A stretch of DNA of 64,000 nucleotides from Candidatus Latescibacterota bacterium. Its GTDB lineage: Bacteria; Latescibacterota; UBA2968; GCA-2709665. Under the pieces are notes generated by a model. It ran no database searches. It was not told the origin of the DNA and saw nothing but the letters and a program-made list of their open reading frames with translations. Every line of letters begins with the position of its first letter. Within the stretch, counting starts at the first letter, position 1. The DNA lies in contig OZ244937.1 in the NCBI GenBank assembly GCA_965222075.1, forward strand, positions 1,056,001 to 1,120,000, read 5' to 3'. Below, piece by piece: positions 47,176 through 59,200 of this stretch. A program made the translations under genes and the position numbers.

Positions 47176-48090
47176 TCAGACCATTGCCCAGGCTGCATCG
47201 AGGACGCGCTTGGCGTTGGCGATGACAAGCTCAGGCGATTCGCCTTCTATTGGGGCGACTTCAAAACTGAGGATGGGGCGTTTTTCAGGATCGAGGTACC
47301 CGATGTTGAGGAGCTCCCGGAGGAATTCAACCGTCTCGGGGATGTCATTCTCTCCGTCTTCACATCCGAAGCGGGGATGGTTGTCGCCATAGGCCGGGTG
47401 TTCGGGGTTGCGCATCACGCAGTTTCCAATGTGGGCATGTACGAGGTGGTCGCGGGCGGTATTCAGGGCATAGGCGGAGGTTTCCCCCTGAAGCGGGAGA
47501 TGGCTCAGATCGAGCATGAGACCAAAGTTGGCGTGTTCCCGGCGCACCCGGGCAGAGACCTCAACGGCCAAGGCGTTGGGGCCGACCAGGCAATTTTTGC
47601 CATAAGAGACCCTGTCGAAGGTCTCCAGCACAATGTTCATCCCTTTGGCGGCGGCATAGTCGCAGAGGCGGTTCAGAGAGTCTACCAGCAGGTCCACGGC
47701 CTGATCCCGGTTTTCCGGGCCCGGGTCGGGGCCGGAGAGGATGCCCACGCCAGGCGCGCCGAGTTCATCGGCCTGATCGATGCCGCCCTGGACGGCGCCA
47801 ACGGCTTTGAGGCGATGGGCTTCGTCGGCGGAGTTGATATCGAGTTGATTCAACAGGAGGATGGGTTGTGCGCCAAAGGCGACATCCATATGGGCCGAAT
47901 TGAGCAGATCGCGGGCCTGAGCGCGGATATCCGCATCGTTCACCTGGGTGACTTCAACGATCTGAAAGTAGGGATCCAGAGCGATTTTTTCCAGGGTTTC
48001 CAGGATGGGGCCGTCTCCGCCGATGCAGGTTTTGTAGGCCATAAAGTGGACGAGTCCGACGCGGGCGTAATTCTGGATGGATTCTGTCAT
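47176..48090 (-). CDS. Sugar phosphate isomerase/epimerase family TIM-barrel protein
   Basis: IVLETFDR, LMLDLSHLP, HAHIGN, SFEV. Confidence 0.8.
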   Translation of the reverse strand: MTESIQNYARVGLVHFMAYKTCIGGDGPILETLEKIALDPYFQIVEVTQVNDADIRAQARDLLNSAHMDVAFGAQPILLLNQLDINSADEAHRLKAVGAVQGGIDQADELGAPGVGILSGPDPGPENRDQAVDLLVDSLNRLCDYAAAKGMNIVLETFDRVSYGKNCLVGPNALAVEVSARVRREHANFGLMLDLSHLPLQGETSAYALNTARDHLVHAHIGNCVMRNPEHPAYGDNHPRFGCEDGENDIPETVEFLRELLNIGYLDPEKRPILSFEVAPIEGESPELVIANAKRVLDAAWAMV

Positions 48091-48236
48091 TTGTAAGCGC
48101 TCCTTTCAAGATAGAGAAATTCAACCTTCAATTCTCTGTGTCTGTGCGGTTCAAAATACGCATTCGTCCCGCGTTTGTCAATTGACAAATGGGCGCCTGA
48201 GGTGGGGGGTGAAGAAGGCATAAGGTATTTTTCCAC

Positions 48237-48265
48237 TTGACTTTCCGCAGGTCTTCTTGTAATAT
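48237..48265 (+). promoter_or_regulatory. Sigma70-type promoter for tRNA-Tyr
   Basis: TTGACT-17 nt-TAATAT. Confidence 0.6.
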
Positions 48266-48287
48266 CTCTTTCTCAAATTTGGTGTGG

Positions 48288-48373
48288 GGGGAGGTACCAA
48301 AGCGGCCAAATGGGGCAGACTGTAAATCTGTTGGCTTATGCCTTCGGTGGTTCGAATCCGCCCCTCCCCACCA
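48288..48373 (+). tRNA. tRNA-Tyr(GTA)
   Basis: GGGGAGG/CCTCCCC acceptor stem, anticodon loop CTGTAAA, long variable arm, GTTCGAATCC, CCA end. Confidence 0.97.
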
Positions 48374-48492
48374 TCATTAACTATATCCGAACGCTTTTTC
48401 TGAACGTTTTTCGACCCCTTTCCTTTAGATATAGAGGGGTTTTGTATTTTGAGGGTTTCCTCTCTGAAAAGCGTTGATTTTTATAAAAAATC

Positions 48493-48521
48493 TTGACTTT
48501 ATCTGATATTTTGCATATCTT
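48493..48521 (+). promoter_or_regulatory. Sigma70-type promoter for tRNA-Gly/Thr cluster
   Basis: TTGACT-17 nt-TATCTT with A-rich upstream sequence. Confidence 0.6.
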
Positions 48522-48596
48522 CTTAAGTCTCGAAAGTTTCCCAACTCGAAAAACACCGTTTTTCGAAATAAGATGCTGTTTTTTTGTATAGTTAAT

Positions 48597-48673
48597 GCGG
48601 GAATAGCTCAGTTGGCCAGAGCGTCAGCCTTCCAAGCTGAGGGTCGCGGGTTCGAGTCCCGTTTCCCGCTCCA
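48597..48673 (+). tRNA. tRNA-Gly(TCC)
   Basis: GCGGGAA/TTCCCGC acceptor stem, loop CTTCCAA, CCA end. Confidence 0.97.
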
Positions 48674-48709
48674 ATTTTCTCCAGGAAAGGGCAAAACGCG
48701 TTATCTAAA

Positions 48710-48785
48710 GCCCATGTAGCTCAGTCGGTAGAGCACCTCCTTGGTAAGGAGGAGGTCACCGGTTCGAGTCCGGTCGTGGGCTCCA
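48710..48785 (+). tRNA. tRNA-Thr(GGT)
   Basis: GCCCATG/CGTGGGC acceptor stem, loop TTGGTAA, CCA end. Confidence 0.97.
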
Positions 48786-48827
48786 GTCCTCTATACCTGA
48801 CGCTGAGGCTATTGATAAGGGATCGGC

Positions 48828-48980
48828 ATGCCAAGGGAGCTTATTACGCTGGCCTGTAGCGAGTGCGCGCGTCGAAACTATACGACAGATAAGAATCGAC
48901 GGCTTCATCCAGACCGGGTCGAATTCAAGAAATTTTGCCGATTTTGTCGGACGCATACGATACATCGGGAGACGCGTTAG
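48828..48980 (+). CDS. rpmG: 50S ribosomal protein L33 (Zn-binding type; below ORF-track cutoff)
   Basis: [23 protein letters not shown]...[17 protein letters not shown]. Confidence 0.96.
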   Translation: MPRELITLACSECARRNYTTDKNRRLHPDRVEFKKFCRFCRTHTIHRETR

Positions 48981-49016
48981 GGTTATTTCTGCGCCCCGTG
49001 TCGCTTGCGATGGGGT

Positions 49017-49092
49017 AGGCCAGTAGCTCAATTGGCAGAGCACCGGTCTCCAAAACCGGCGGTTGCGGGTTCGATTCCTGCCTGGCCTGCCA
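49017..49092 (+). tRNA. tRNA-Trp(CCA)
   Basis: AGGCCAG/CTGGCCT acceptor stem, loop CTCCAAA, CCA end. Confidence 0.97.
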
Positions 49093-49264
49093 TTTTACTC
49101 CTCAAAGATATTCCTCAGGCCCCTTTTTTGAGTCCCCAGGTGAGGGGCCGGGTTTCCAGCACTGCAATTTTCCCCAGATCCAACGCTTCTCATCCTTTTG
49201 CTCCTCTGTTTTGCAAGTCGTTTTTGCCGATTTTGAGGTGCGTTACCTGCGGGCTGTCGCTCCT

Positions 49265-49453
49265 ATGTTTCGGAAACTTTCTCAGCTTTTAAAAGATGTA
49301 CAAGTCGAAATGGGAAAGGTGACCTGGCCCACGCGCGATGAACTGACCTCATCTACAGTGATTGTGCTTGTGGTCTCGCTGGCCCTGGCCCTTTTTATTT
49401 TTATTGCCGATTTATTCCTGACGTATGTTATGAAGAACCTGGTCCTGATTTAG
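49265..49453 (+). CDS. secE: Preprotein translocase subunit SecE
   Basis: EMGKVTWPTRDEL plus one TM. Confidence 0.93.
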   Translation: MFRKLSQLLKDVQVEMGKVTWPTRDELTSSTVIVLVVSLALALFIFIADLFLTYVMKNLVLI

Positions 49454-49517
49454 AGCCCATCCGCAAATCGTCAATTCTGCCCTGTTGGCTTGTCTATTCG
49501 GGAGAAGGTGAAGGCAC

Positions 49518-50051
49518 ATGAAGTGGTACGCAGTGCATACCTATTCTGGCCACGAGAATAAGGTGCGGTCCTACATCGAGAATGCCAAAGGAGGCGCAGG
49601 CATTGAGGATCGGATTGAGAACGTGGTGGTACCTACAGAGGAAGTCGTGGAGATGAGGGACGGTCGCAAGACGACTTCACTGAAGAAGTTTTTACCCAGC
49701 TACGTTCTGGTTGAAATGGAAATGGACAAGGAGACGCTCCATTTTGTAACCAACGTTCCGGGGGTCACCAGTTTTGTGGGGCCCGGAAAGCGACCTCAGC
49801 CCCTCAGGGATGAGGAGGTGCAACGTGTTCTGGGCCAGATTGATCGACGTCAGGTCCAAGATGAGCAGGAGATCCCTTACCATGTGGGGGATCGGGTGAA
49901 GGTGGTTGACGGGCCGTTCAGCGATTTCGTCGGGTTGGTCGACGATGTCAATCCCGAAAAGAGTAAGATTAAGGTGATGGTCAGCATTTTCGGGCGAAAT
50001 ACGCCGGTCGAACTGGACGTGCTGCAAGTAGAAATGGCAACAGAGGCGTGA
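49518..50051 (+). CDS. nusG: Transcription termination/antitermination factor NusG
   Basis: [31 protein letters not shown]. Confidence 0.97.
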   Translation: MKWYAVHTYSGHENKVRSYIENAKGGAGIEDRIENVVVPTEEVVEMRDGRKTTSLKKFLPSYVLVEMEMDKETLHFVTNVPGVTSFVGPGKRPQPLRDEEVQRVLGQIDRRQVQDEQEIPYHVGDRVKVVDGPFSDFVGLVDDVNPEKSKIKVMVSIFGRNTPVELDVLQVEMATEA

Positions 50052-50109
50052 AGACCGACAGAGGGTAAGGGTTTCCCTGCATCTTCAAGGACTGTAAAGG
50101 AAGACAACA

Positions 50110-50535
50110 ATGGCCAGGAAGGTTTATACCACCATCAAATTGCAGATTCCCGCAGGACAGGCGACGCCTACCCCTCCGGTGGGGCCTGCGCTGGGCCAGC
50201 ATGGCGTGAATATCATGGAGTTCTGCAAGGCCTTCAATGCGCAGACCCAGGATAAACAGGGGCTGATCATCCCGGCGGTGATCACGGTTTATGTGGACAG
50301 GAGTTTTTCCTTTGTTCTTAAAAGTCCGCCTGCGTCCGTTTTGCTTAAAAAGGCCGCGGGACTGGAAAAGGGGTCTCCGGAATCGAACCGGACGAAGGTA
50401 GGGTCGGTCACGCGGGAGCAGGTCCGAGAGATCGCGGAGATGAAGGCCGTCGATTTGAACGCCAGCGACATCGAGTCGGCGATGCGTATGATCGAAGGAA
50501 CAGCGCGCAGCGCGGGGATTACTTTAAAAGACTAA
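50110..50535 (+). CDS. rplK: 50S ribosomal protein L11
   Basis: [22 protein letters not shown]. Confidence 0.98.
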   Translation: MARKVYTTIKLQIPAGQATPTPPVGPALGQHGVNIMEFCKAFNAQTQDKQGLIIPAVITVYVDRSFSFVLKSPPASVLLKKAAGLEKGSPESNRTKVGSVTREQVREIAEMKAVDLNASDIESAMRMIEGTARSAGITLKD

Positions 50536-50559
50536 TTTTGCACAGGCTGGAGGGCAGGT

Positions 50560-51255
50560 ATGGCGAAAAAGAGTAAGATTTATCAAGAGGCGTCAGGTCT
50601 CTTTGATCGGCGGACGCATTATCTTGTGGAAGAGGCGGTCGATCTGCTCAAGCGGATGCCCCATCGCAAGTTCGATGAAACCGTGGAACTGGCCATGCGG
50701 CTGGGTGTGGATGCCCGCCACGCCGATCAGCAGGTCAGGGGCACGGTTGTGTTGCCCCACGGCCTTGGAAAGGAGGTTTGCATCGCGGTTTTTGCGAAGG
50801 GTGAGCAGGCGGTCGACGCAGAAACGGCCAATGCCGATTTTGTAGGGGCAGAGGACCTGGTTGAAAAGGTTGCCGGGGGGTGGACCGATTTCGATGTGGC
50901 CATTGCTGCTCCGGATATGATGAGGGAGGTGGGGCGGCTGGGGCGCATCTTAGGGCCCAGGGGGCTTATGCCCAATCCGAAGAGCGGTACCGTCACCCAG
51001 GATGTGGGCCGTGCGGTTCGAGAGGCCAAGGCGGGGCGTGTAGAATTTCGCGTTGACCGGCAGGGGATTGTTCACGTACTGGTCGGGAAAGTGTCGTTTG
51101 AAGGGGATCGGCTGCTGGAAAACGCCCGGGTGTTGCTCGACACCATCATGCGGGCGCGGCCTGCAGCGGTAAAGGGGCAGTACGTCCGTTCGGCAACCCT
51201 GTCGACCACAATGGGCCCCGGAATCCGGCTGGATCGATCGAGCCTGACCAATTGA
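50560..51255 (+). CDS. rplA: 50S ribosomal protein L1
   Basis: [30 protein letters not shown]. Confidence 0.98.
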   Translation: MAKKSKIYQEASGLFDRRTHYLVEEAVDLLKRMPHRKFDETVELAMRLGVDARHADQQVRGTVVLPHGLGKEVCIAVFAKGEQAVDAETANADFVGAEDLVEKVAGGWTDFDVAIAAPDMMREVGRLGRILGPRGLMPNPKSGTVTQDVGRAVREAKAGRVEFRVDRQGIVHVLVGKVSFEGDRLLENARVLLDTIMRARPAAVKGQYVRSATLSTTMGPGIRLDRSSLTN

Positions 51256-51293
51256 TTGTTCGCGCGCTGCGCGTTTTGCAGGAAAGGAGAGAG

Positions 51294-51848
51294 ATGCCAA
51301 CCGCAGAAAAGGCAGCTGTTGTTCAGGATTTGGCTGACATCTTGAAGCGGTCTAAGGGGATCTACCTGACGGATTTTACCGGGTTGGACGTGCCTGCCTT
51401 TACCCGGTTACGCAGACGTCTGAGCGAAGGTGCGGTTTCCTACAGGGTGGTCAAGAATCGCCTGGCTTTCCTGGCGGCGAAGGAGGCCGGTGTTGAGGGT
51501 CTAAACGAGATGTTTCGAGGGCCTACCGGTCTGGTTTTTACCGAAAACGATCCTATTGCGCCTGCCAGGCTGCTTTCGGAGTTTGCCAGAGAGACCCAAG
51601 GGCGTCCCAAGCTCAAGGTCGGCCTGGTTGAGGGAAGGACCTACGTGGAAGATGAACTGGAGGCGCTGGCCCTGCTGCCCTCCCGGGAAGTGCTGCTTGG
51701 GCAGGTGGTTACCGGCATTCAGGGCCCACTGAGCGGTTTGGTTTTCTGCCTGCAAGGGGTGCTCCAAAATTTCGTGATCGTCCTGCAGGCGATTGCTGAA
51801 AAGAAGAAAGAGGCGGGCGGCGGAGAGGCTGCCTCCGACGCACCTTGA
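51294..51848 (+). CDS. rplJ: 50S ribosomal protein L10
   Basis: [16 protein letters not shown], and position in the operon. Confidence 0.95.
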   Translation: MPTAEKAAVVQDLADILKRSKGIYLTDFTGLDVPAFTRLRRRLSEGAVSYRVVKNRLAFLAAKEAGVEGLNEMFRGPTGLVFTENDPIAPARLLSEFARETQGRPKLKVGLVEGRTYVEDELEALALLPSREVLLGQVVTGIQGPLSGLVFCLQGVLQNFVIVLQAIAEKKKEAGGGEAASDAP

Positions 51849-51892
51849 GAGAGATATTAAACCCTTCACGTGAGTTTGACGGAGGACAAATT

Positions 51893-52273
51893 ATGGCAGT
51901 TGAGACGATTATCAGCGAGATTGAGAAGCTTTCCGTGCTTGAGTTGGCCGAACTGGTCAAAGCATTGGAGGAAAAGTTCGGTGTGACCGCACAGGCGGCT
52001 GTGGTGGCTGCACCTGCCGGAGGCGTAGCCGGTGCTCCTGAGGCTGCCGCTGAGGAGGAGCAGTCAGAGTTCGATGTGGTCCTCTCCTCTATTGGTGACA
52101 AGAAGATCCAGGTGATCAAGGTGGTCCGCAGCGTCACCAGCTTGGGGCTGAAGGAGGCCAAAGCACTCGTAGACGGCGCCCCCAATCCCGTCAAGGAAGG
52201 CATTGCAAAAGAGGAGGCCGAGCAGATCAAGGCGGAACTGGAAGAGGTTGGGGCGGTGGTCGAAATCAAGTAG
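51893..52273 (+). CDS. rplL: 50S ribosomal protein L7/L12
   Basis: [23 protein letters not shown]. Confidence 0.97.
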   Translation: MAVETIISEIEKLSVLELAELVKALEEKFGVTAQAAVVAAPAGGVAGAPEAAAEEEQSEFDVVLSSIGDKKIQVIKVVRSVTSLGLKEAKALVDGAPNPVKEGIAKEEAEQIKAELEEVGAVVEIK

Positions 52274-52293
52274 GGCCCTGTTCTGATCAGCAG

Positions 52294-52315
52294 ACCCAGG
52301 GATGCCCTGGGTTTT
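52294..52315 (+). terminator. Attenuator-like hairpin between rplL and rpoB
   Basis: ACCCAGGG-ATG-CCCTGGGT-TTT. Confidence 0.5.
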
Positions 52316-52383
52316 AGCACAGCTACACAAACCAATCCCGTTTTCGACTTTTGGCCCGATTTCACCACAGGAGCGTGATCGCC

Positions 52384-55300
52384 TTGGCAGATAGAGGATT
52401 TATCGAGAGGAAATCCTACGGAAAGATCGTTTCGGCTATCGAGATGCCGGACCTGCTGGATATCCAGATCGATTCTTACAACTGGTTCCTGCAGAAGGAT
52501 GTGCCGCCTGAGGAACGCGAGAAACAGGGCCTCCAGGCGGTCTTTCATAGTATTTTCCCAATTACCGATGTCCATAGCCTCTATTCCTTAGAGTTTGTCG
52601 ACTATTCCATTGGCACCCCCAAATATGATGTCGAGGAATGTCTGGAACGCGGGACCACCTATGCTGCTCCCCTCCGGTCCACGTTGCGATTGATCTCGCG
52701 GGAGAAACAGGACAACGACGAGTACCGCATCAAGGGCATTGTGGAGCAGACGGTGTTCCTGGGGGAACTGCCGCTGATGACCAAGGAGGGAACCTTTATC
52801 ATCAATGGCTCGGAACGGGTCATTGTCAGCCAACTCCATCGGTCGCCGGGGGTCTTTTTCGACGAGATCATTCATCCCAACGGAAAGCGGCTCCATTCGG
52901 CCCGAATTATCCCTTATAAAGGGGCCTGGCTCGAGTTCAGCTTAGACATCAACGACATTATGTATGTGCACATCGACCGGAAGCGGAAGTTGCCCGTTAC
53001 CACGTTTCTACGTGCACTGGGCTACAGCCGGGACGAGGAAATTCTGAGCGTCTTTCATGACGACCAAACCGCACGGGTCGGTGAGGATCTGGTCGGGGAA
53101 ATCGCCGTGGAAGATGTGGTGTGCAAAGAAACGGGCGAAGTTATTGTTGAGGCCTATGGGACCATCACGGAAGAGCACGTAGCGGTCCTGAAAGACAACC
53201 GGATCTGTCAGGTTACGGTGCTGGATATGAATCCCGAAGACGATGGCGGGATTATTTCCAATACGCTTCAACGGGACCCCTGTGATAACGAAGAAGAGGC
53301 GCTGTCGAGGATCTACAATCTGCTGCGTCCGGGAGACCCGCCCAATATTGAGACCGCACGGGGGCTTTTAGAGCGGCATTTCTTCAGCCCCAAGCGGTAT
53401 AACCTGGGTGAGGTCGGGCGCTACCGGCTCAACCAGCGTCTGGATATGAATATCCCGCTGGAGTTTACGACTCTCTGCATTGAAGACTTCCTCAGGGTGA
53501 TTCAGTACCTCCTGGTGCTTTTCAAGGGGGAAGGGTTCACCGACGATATCGACCATTTGGGCAACCGGCGGATTCGGTCGGTGGGTGAGCTTCTGTCCAA
53601 TCAATTTTCCATTGGTCTGGCGCGCATGGCCCGGACCATTCGGGAGCGGATGAGCCTGAGGGATTCGGGGAATCTTACGCCTCACGACCTGGTCAATGCC
53701 CGAACGGTATCGACTGTGGTGCAGGCCTTTTTTGGGAGCAGCCAGCTCTCGCAGTTTCTCCAGCAGACCAACCCGCTGGATGAATTGACCCACAAGCGGC
53801 GGTTATCGGCGCTGGGTCCAGGCGGGCTGACGCGGGATCGGGCCGGGTTCGAGGTGCGCGATGTACACCACACCCACTATGGGCGGATCTGTCCTATTGA
53901 GACGCCCGAAGGCCCCAATATCGGTTTGATTGCATCGCTTTCCACGTATGCCAAGGTGAATCCCTTCGGTTTTCTGGAAACGCCCTATCGGGTTGTTGAA
54001 AAGGGGAAGGTGGGCAACCAAATCAAATATCTGGCCGCAAATCATGAAGACAGATATTCGATTGCTCAGGCAAATGCCGAGCTGGACCGAAGTGGGCGCT
54101 TTGTGGAGAATGTGGTTCAGGCCCGTCGCCGGGGGGATTTCCCCGTGATCGAGCCAGAAGAGATCGACTATATGGATGTCTCTCCCTGCCAGCTGGTGAG
54201 CGCGGCCGCGGCTCTGATTCCCTTTTTAGAGCACGACGATGCGAACCGGGCGCTTATGGGGTCCAACATGCAGCGCCAGGCGGTGCCCCTGTTAAAGACC
54301 GAGGCGCCTCTGGTGGGCACGGGGATGGAACGCAAGGTGGCCATCGATTCAAAGGCGGTGGTTACGGTCCGGCACCCCGGTGTTGTGACCTATGTCAGCG
54401 CAGAACGGATTGTGGTTAAGCGGCGCAAGAGCAGGGGGGGGGAGGTGACCGACCTTTTCGATGAAGATGTGTACAATCTGGTTAAGTTCAAGCTTTCCAA
54501 TCAGAATGTGTGCATCAACCAGAAGCCGTTGGTGCACGTTGGCGATAAGGTCAAAAAGGGGGAAATCCTGGCCGACGGATGTGCAACCGAGCGAGGGGAT
54601 CTGGCCCTGGGCGCCAATGTGCTTTGTGCTTTTATGTCCTGGAGCGGTTACAATTTTGAGGACGCCATCATCGTTTCCGAACGGCTTATCAAGAAGGATA
54701 TTTTCACCTCGATCCACATCGAGGAGTACGAGCTTCAGGTTCGGGATACCAAGCGGGGGGCCGAAGAGATCACCCGCGAGATCCCCAATGTGAGCGAGCA
54801 GGCCGTACGTAACTTAGACGAATACGGGATCATTCGGATCGGTGCGGAGGTTCGATCCGGCGATATCCTGGTTGGGAAGGTAACGCCAAAGGGAGAGACG
54901 GAACTCTCGCCCGAGGAGCGCCTCCTGCGCGCCATTTTTGGCGAGAAGGCGGGCGATGTTCGGGATGCTTCACTGAAGGCCTCGCCGGGGCTGGATGGGG
55001 TGTTGATGGATCGGAAGGTGTTCTCCCGGAAGGAGCGGGATGAGAAGACCCGTAAAACCGACAAAGAAAAGGCGACCGCTGTCAAGAAGCAGATCGCCGA
55101 AAAGATCAAGGCCATTAAGACCAGCCGGGACGAGCAGATTTTCGACCTCCTGGAGGGAAAGAAGGTCGGTCTGCTGCGCAATACCCAGGATGAGTCCGTA
55201 GCGGTCCAGATGGGTAAGGTGTTTGACCAGAAGCTGGCCGAGCAGATCGACTTAGACGCCGTACGACCGGACGAGACCTGGGTGGAGAACCCTGCTGTGA

Positions 55301-56154
55301 ACCGAAAGGTGGACCGGATCTTAGAGCTGGCGGAGCAGTTGATTCGGTTGGCGGAGGAGGAACTGGAGCTGGAATTGGAAAAGATCGCACGGGGAGATGA
55401 ACTCCCTCCGGGCATCGTCCAGCTGGTCAAGGTCTACATCGCTCGCAAGCGGAAGCTGATGGTGGGCGACAAGATGGCCGGGCGGCACGGGAACAAGGGC
55501 GTGGTGTCCATCATCGTCCCCGAAGAGGATATGCCCTATCTGCCGGATGGCACGCCGATGGATATCATCCTCAATCCCCTGGGGGTGCCTTCCCGGATGA
55601 ACCTGGGACAGATCCTGGAGACCCATCTGGGCTGGGCCTCTCACAAGCTGGGCATCTTCTCGGCTTCGCCGGTCTTCGACGGGGCGTCTCAGGAGGACAT
55701 CAAGGTCTTGCTGCGGGAGGCGGGCCTGCCCGAATCGGGCAAGTCCGTGCTTTACGACGGGAAGACCGGGGAACCGTTCGACAAAGAGGTGATGGTCGGT
55801 CACATCTATATGCTGAAGCTCTTGCACCTGGTCAGCGATAAGATTCACGCCCGCTCGATCGGGCCTTATTCCCTGGTGACGCAGCAACCGTTGGGAGGTA
55901 AGGCGCAGTTTGGCGGCCAACGGTTCGGAGAGATGGAGGTGTGGGCGCTGGAGGCTTACGGTGCTGCCTATATGCTCCAGGAGATGCTCACCGTCAAGTC
56001 CGACGACGTTGCCGGACGGTCGAAGATCTATGAGGCGATCGTGAAGGGGGAGAACCCACCAGAACCCGGGGTGCCCGAATCGTTCAACGTTCTGGTCAAG
56101 GAGTTGCAAAGCCTTTGTTTAGATGTGGTATTGGAAAACGGCGAGGTGGGCTAA
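52384..56154 (+). CDS. rpoB: RNA polymerase beta subunit
   Basis: [30 protein letters not shown] start inferred from RBS spacing. Confidence 0.98.
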   Translation: MADRGFIERKSYGKIVSAIEMPDLLDIQIDSYNWFLQKDVPPEEREKQGLQAVFHSIFPITDVHSLYSLEFVDYSIGTPKYDVEECLERGTTYAAPLRSTLRLISREKQDNDEYRIKGIVEQTVFLGELPLMTKEGTFIINGSERVIVSQLHRSPGVFFDEIIHPNGKRLHSARIIPYKGAWLEFSLDINDIMYVHIDRKRKLPVTTFLRALGYSRDEEILSVFHDDQTARVGEDLVGEIAVEDVVCKETGEVIVEAYGTITEEHVAVLKDNRICQVTVLDMNPEDDGGIISNTLQRDPCDNEEEALSRIYNLLRPGDPPNIETARGLLERHFFSPKRYNLGEVGRYRLNQRLDMNIPLEFTTLCIEDFLRVIQYLLVLFKGEGFTDDIDHLGNRRIRSVGELLSNQFSIGLARMARTIRERMSLRDSGNLTPHDLVNARTVSTVVQAFFGSSQLSQFLQQTNPLDELTHKRRLSALGPGGLTRDRAGFEVRDVHHTHYGRICPIETPEGPNIGLIASLSTYAKVNPFGFLETPYRVVEKGKVGNQIKYLAANHEDRYSIAQANAELDRSGRFVENVVQARRRGDFPVIEPEEIDYMDVSPCQLVSAAAALIPFLEHDDANRALMGSNMQRQAVPLLKTEAPLVGTGMERKVAIDSKAVVTVRHPGVVTYVSAERIVVKRRKSRGGEVTDLFDEDVYNLVKFKLSNQNVCINQKPLVHVGDKVKKGEILADGCATERGDLALGANVLCAFMSWSGYNFEDAIIVSERLIKKDIFTSIHIEEYELQVRDTKRGAEEITREIPNVSEQAVRNLDEYGIIRIGAEVRSGDILVGKVTPKGETELSPEERLLRAIFGEKAGDVRDASLKASPGLDGVLMDRKVFSRKERDEKTRKTDKEKATAVKKQIAEKIKAIKTSRDEQIFDLLEGKKVGLLRNTQDESVAVQMGKVFDQKLAEQIDLDAVRPDETWVENPAVNRKVDRILELAEQLIRLAEEELELELEKIARGDELPPGIVQLVKVYIARKRKLMVGDKMAGRHGNKGVVSIIVPEEDMPYLPDGTPMDIILNPLGVPSRMNLGQILETHLGWASHKLGIFSASPVFDGASQEDIKVLLREAGLPESGKSVLYDGKTGEPFDKEVMVGHIYMLKLLHLVSDKIHARSIGPYSLVTQQPLGGKAQFGGQRFGEMEVWALEAYGAAYMLQEMLTVKSDDVAGRSKIYEAIVKGENPPEPGVPESFNVLVKELQSLCLDVVLENGEVG

Positions 56155-56215
56155 TACCGTTTCGGGGTGTTGGTTTCCGAACCTGGACGCCGATTGCGAA
56201 AAGGGGGTAAGACAC

Positions 56216-59200
56216 GTGGCTGATATCAATCTTTCCAAGCAGCCCATGGATTTCAATTCGATTCGCATCCAGCTGGCCTCCCACGAGACCATCCGGGGAT
56301 GGTCTCGTGGGGAGGTGACCAAACCTGAAACCATCAACTACCGGTCGTTTAGACCGGAACGGGACGGGCTGTTCTGTGAACGGATTTTTGGCCCTGTTAA
56401 AGATTGGGAGTGCAATTGTGGCAAGTACAAGCGTATCCGCTATCGGGGCGTGGTATGTGATCGGTGCGGTGTGGAGGTAACCCAGTCGAAGGTGCGGCGG
56501 GAGCGGTTGGGGCACATTGAGTTGGCCGTGCCGGTTGCGCACATCTGGTTTTTCAGGTCGCTCCCATCCCGGATGGGCTATCTTTTGGATATGTCGGTTC
56601 GAAACCTGGAACGGGTGATCTATTATGAGTCCTGCGTGGTCTTAGATCCAGGCGACGCCCCCGATCTGAAGTACAAGGATCTGCTCTCCGAAGACGAGGT
56701 CTTCGAGCTTCAGGAGAAGGGGTATAACTTCGAGGTGGACATGGGGGCCACCGCGCTTGAACGGCTCTTGTCCGAGATCGATATAGAGGAACTTTCCGCC
56801 GAATTGAGGACCCGGGCGCGGATGGAGACCTCGGTCCAGCGCAAGCAGGAGGCTCTCAAGCGGTTGAAGGTGGTGGAGGCCTTTCGTCAGTCGGACAACC
56901 ATCCAGCGTGGATGATCTTAGACGTGATCCCGGTTATCCCGCCAGACCTCAGGCCCCTGGTTCCCTTAGAGGGGGGGCGGTTTGCCACCTCGGACTTGAA
57001 CGATCTGTACCGGCGTGTGATCAACCGGAACAACCGGCTCAAGAAGCTGATCGAGATCAAGGCTCCGGAGGTTATTCTGCGCAACGAAAAACGGATGCTG
57101 CAGGAGGCCGTGGATGCCCTGTTCGACAACGGGCGGCGTTCCCGGGCGGTTCGGGGCGACGGCAACCGATCGCTCAAGTCCCTGTCGGACCTTTTGAAGG
57201 GAAAACAGGGGCGGTTCCGCCAGAACCTTCTGGGCAAACGGGTGGACTATTCGGGCCGTTCGGTGATTGTGGTCGATCCCTACCTCAAGTTGCATCAGTG
57301 CGGGCTACCCAAGCATATGGCCCTTGAGCTGTTCAAGCCGTTCATCATCAAGAAGCTGGAAGAGAGGGGGCTTGTGCAGACGGTGAAAAGCGCCAAGAAG
57401 CTGGTGGAACGAGAACGGGTGGAGGTCTGGGACATCCTGGAAGAGATTATTCAGAACCACTACGTTCTGCTCAACCGGGCGCCAACGCTGCACCGTCTGG
57501 GCATTCAGGCCTTCCAGCCTGTGCTTGTGGAGGGGAAGGCCATTCGCATTCATCCCTGGTCTGCGCGGCGTTTAACGCCGATTTCGATGGGGATCAGATG
57601 GCCGTGCACGTGCCCCTCTCCTTTGAGGCGCAAATTGAGGCCCGGGTGCTGATGCTGTCGGCCAACAACCTGCTCAAGCCTGCAGATGGGTCCCCCATTG
57701 TGGTCCACGACCCCAGGGATATTTCCATGGGGTGTTATTATCTGACCAAAAGTCACAAGCCGGAAGAACCCCTCAAGACCTTCAGCAGTTCCTCCGAGGC
57801 GCTTATGGCGCACGATTATGGACAGGTCGGGCTGCATGAGGCCATCCGGGTCAGGATCGATGGGGAGCTGCTGACCACCACGGTGGGGCGGGTGATCTTC
57901 AACGAGATCCTGCCAGAAGGGGTGCCTTTTGTCAACATGATCGTGGATCGAAAGATGATCCATAAAGTGACGTCAGACGTCCACCGGATGTTCGGCAGCC
58001 GGGCGACCGCCGAATTTGTGGACGGCGTCAAACGGCTGGGATTTGACTACGCTACGAAGTCGGGCGTTACGGTTGCAATCGACGATGTGGTGGTGCCCCC
58101 GCAAAAACAGATGCTAATCGACAAGGCCCAAGCAGAGGTGGAGAAGGTGCTGCAGCAATATGCGCATGGCGTGATCACGGAGGGGGAGCGCTACAACAAG
58201 GTGATCGACGTGTGGCAGCATGCGACCAACAACATCGCTGAGATGATGAATAAGGCATTGGAGGAGGCCGACGACGGGTTCAACTCGATTGAGCTGATGA
58301 AGGCATCCGGCGCTCGGGGGAACGATGACCAGGTGAAGCAGCTGGGCGGGATGCGGGGGTTGATGAACAAACCCCAGAAGAAGCTGACCGGGGCCATCGG
58401 CGAGATTATTGAAACCCCAATCAAGGCGTCCTTTAAGGAAGGGCTTTCCGTTCTGGAGTACTTTATCTCCACTCACGGGGCGCGAAAGGGGCTTGCAGAT
58501 ACGGCACTGAAAACCGCGGAAGCCGGCTATCTGACGCGGAAGATGGTGGATGTGGCGCAGGACGTGGTGGTGACCGAAGAGGACTGCGGGACCATTTTAG
58601 GCATCGAGATGGAGGCTTTAAAAGAGGGCGAGGAGGTCGTGGAACCGTTGGCCGACCGGATTGTGGGACGCACGGTTTTAGACGATGTGTACGATCTCAT
58701 CACCGGGGAGGTGATTGTCGAAGGGGGCACCCTCTTAGACGAGGACCTGGCCGCAAAAATCGCCGATGCCGGTTTAGAGCGCGTACACGTGCGATCGGTG
58801 TTGACCTGCGAGACCCGCCGGGGGACGTGCAGCATGTGTTATGGGCGGAATCTGGCCAGCGGACGCCTGGTGAATATCGGCGAGGCCGTCGGGGTCATCG
58901 CCGCTCAAAGTGTGGGTGAACCGGGCACCCAGCTTACGCTGCGAACCTTCCACATCGGCGGGACCTCCAGCCGCATTGCAGAACAGGCCGAGATAGCGGC
59001 AAAGCGGGGAGGCGTTGTGCGCTTCACCAACCTGGATTATGTGACCCGCAGCGATGGCCGGTCCATTGTTGTTGGGCGAAACGGCGAACTTGAAGTCCAG
59101 GATGACCAGGGGAGGCCCCGCGGCGGGCATTATTATGTGCCCTATGGCGCGATCCTTAAGGTTGAGGACGGGCAGACGGTGGAGGAGGGAGACGCCATTT

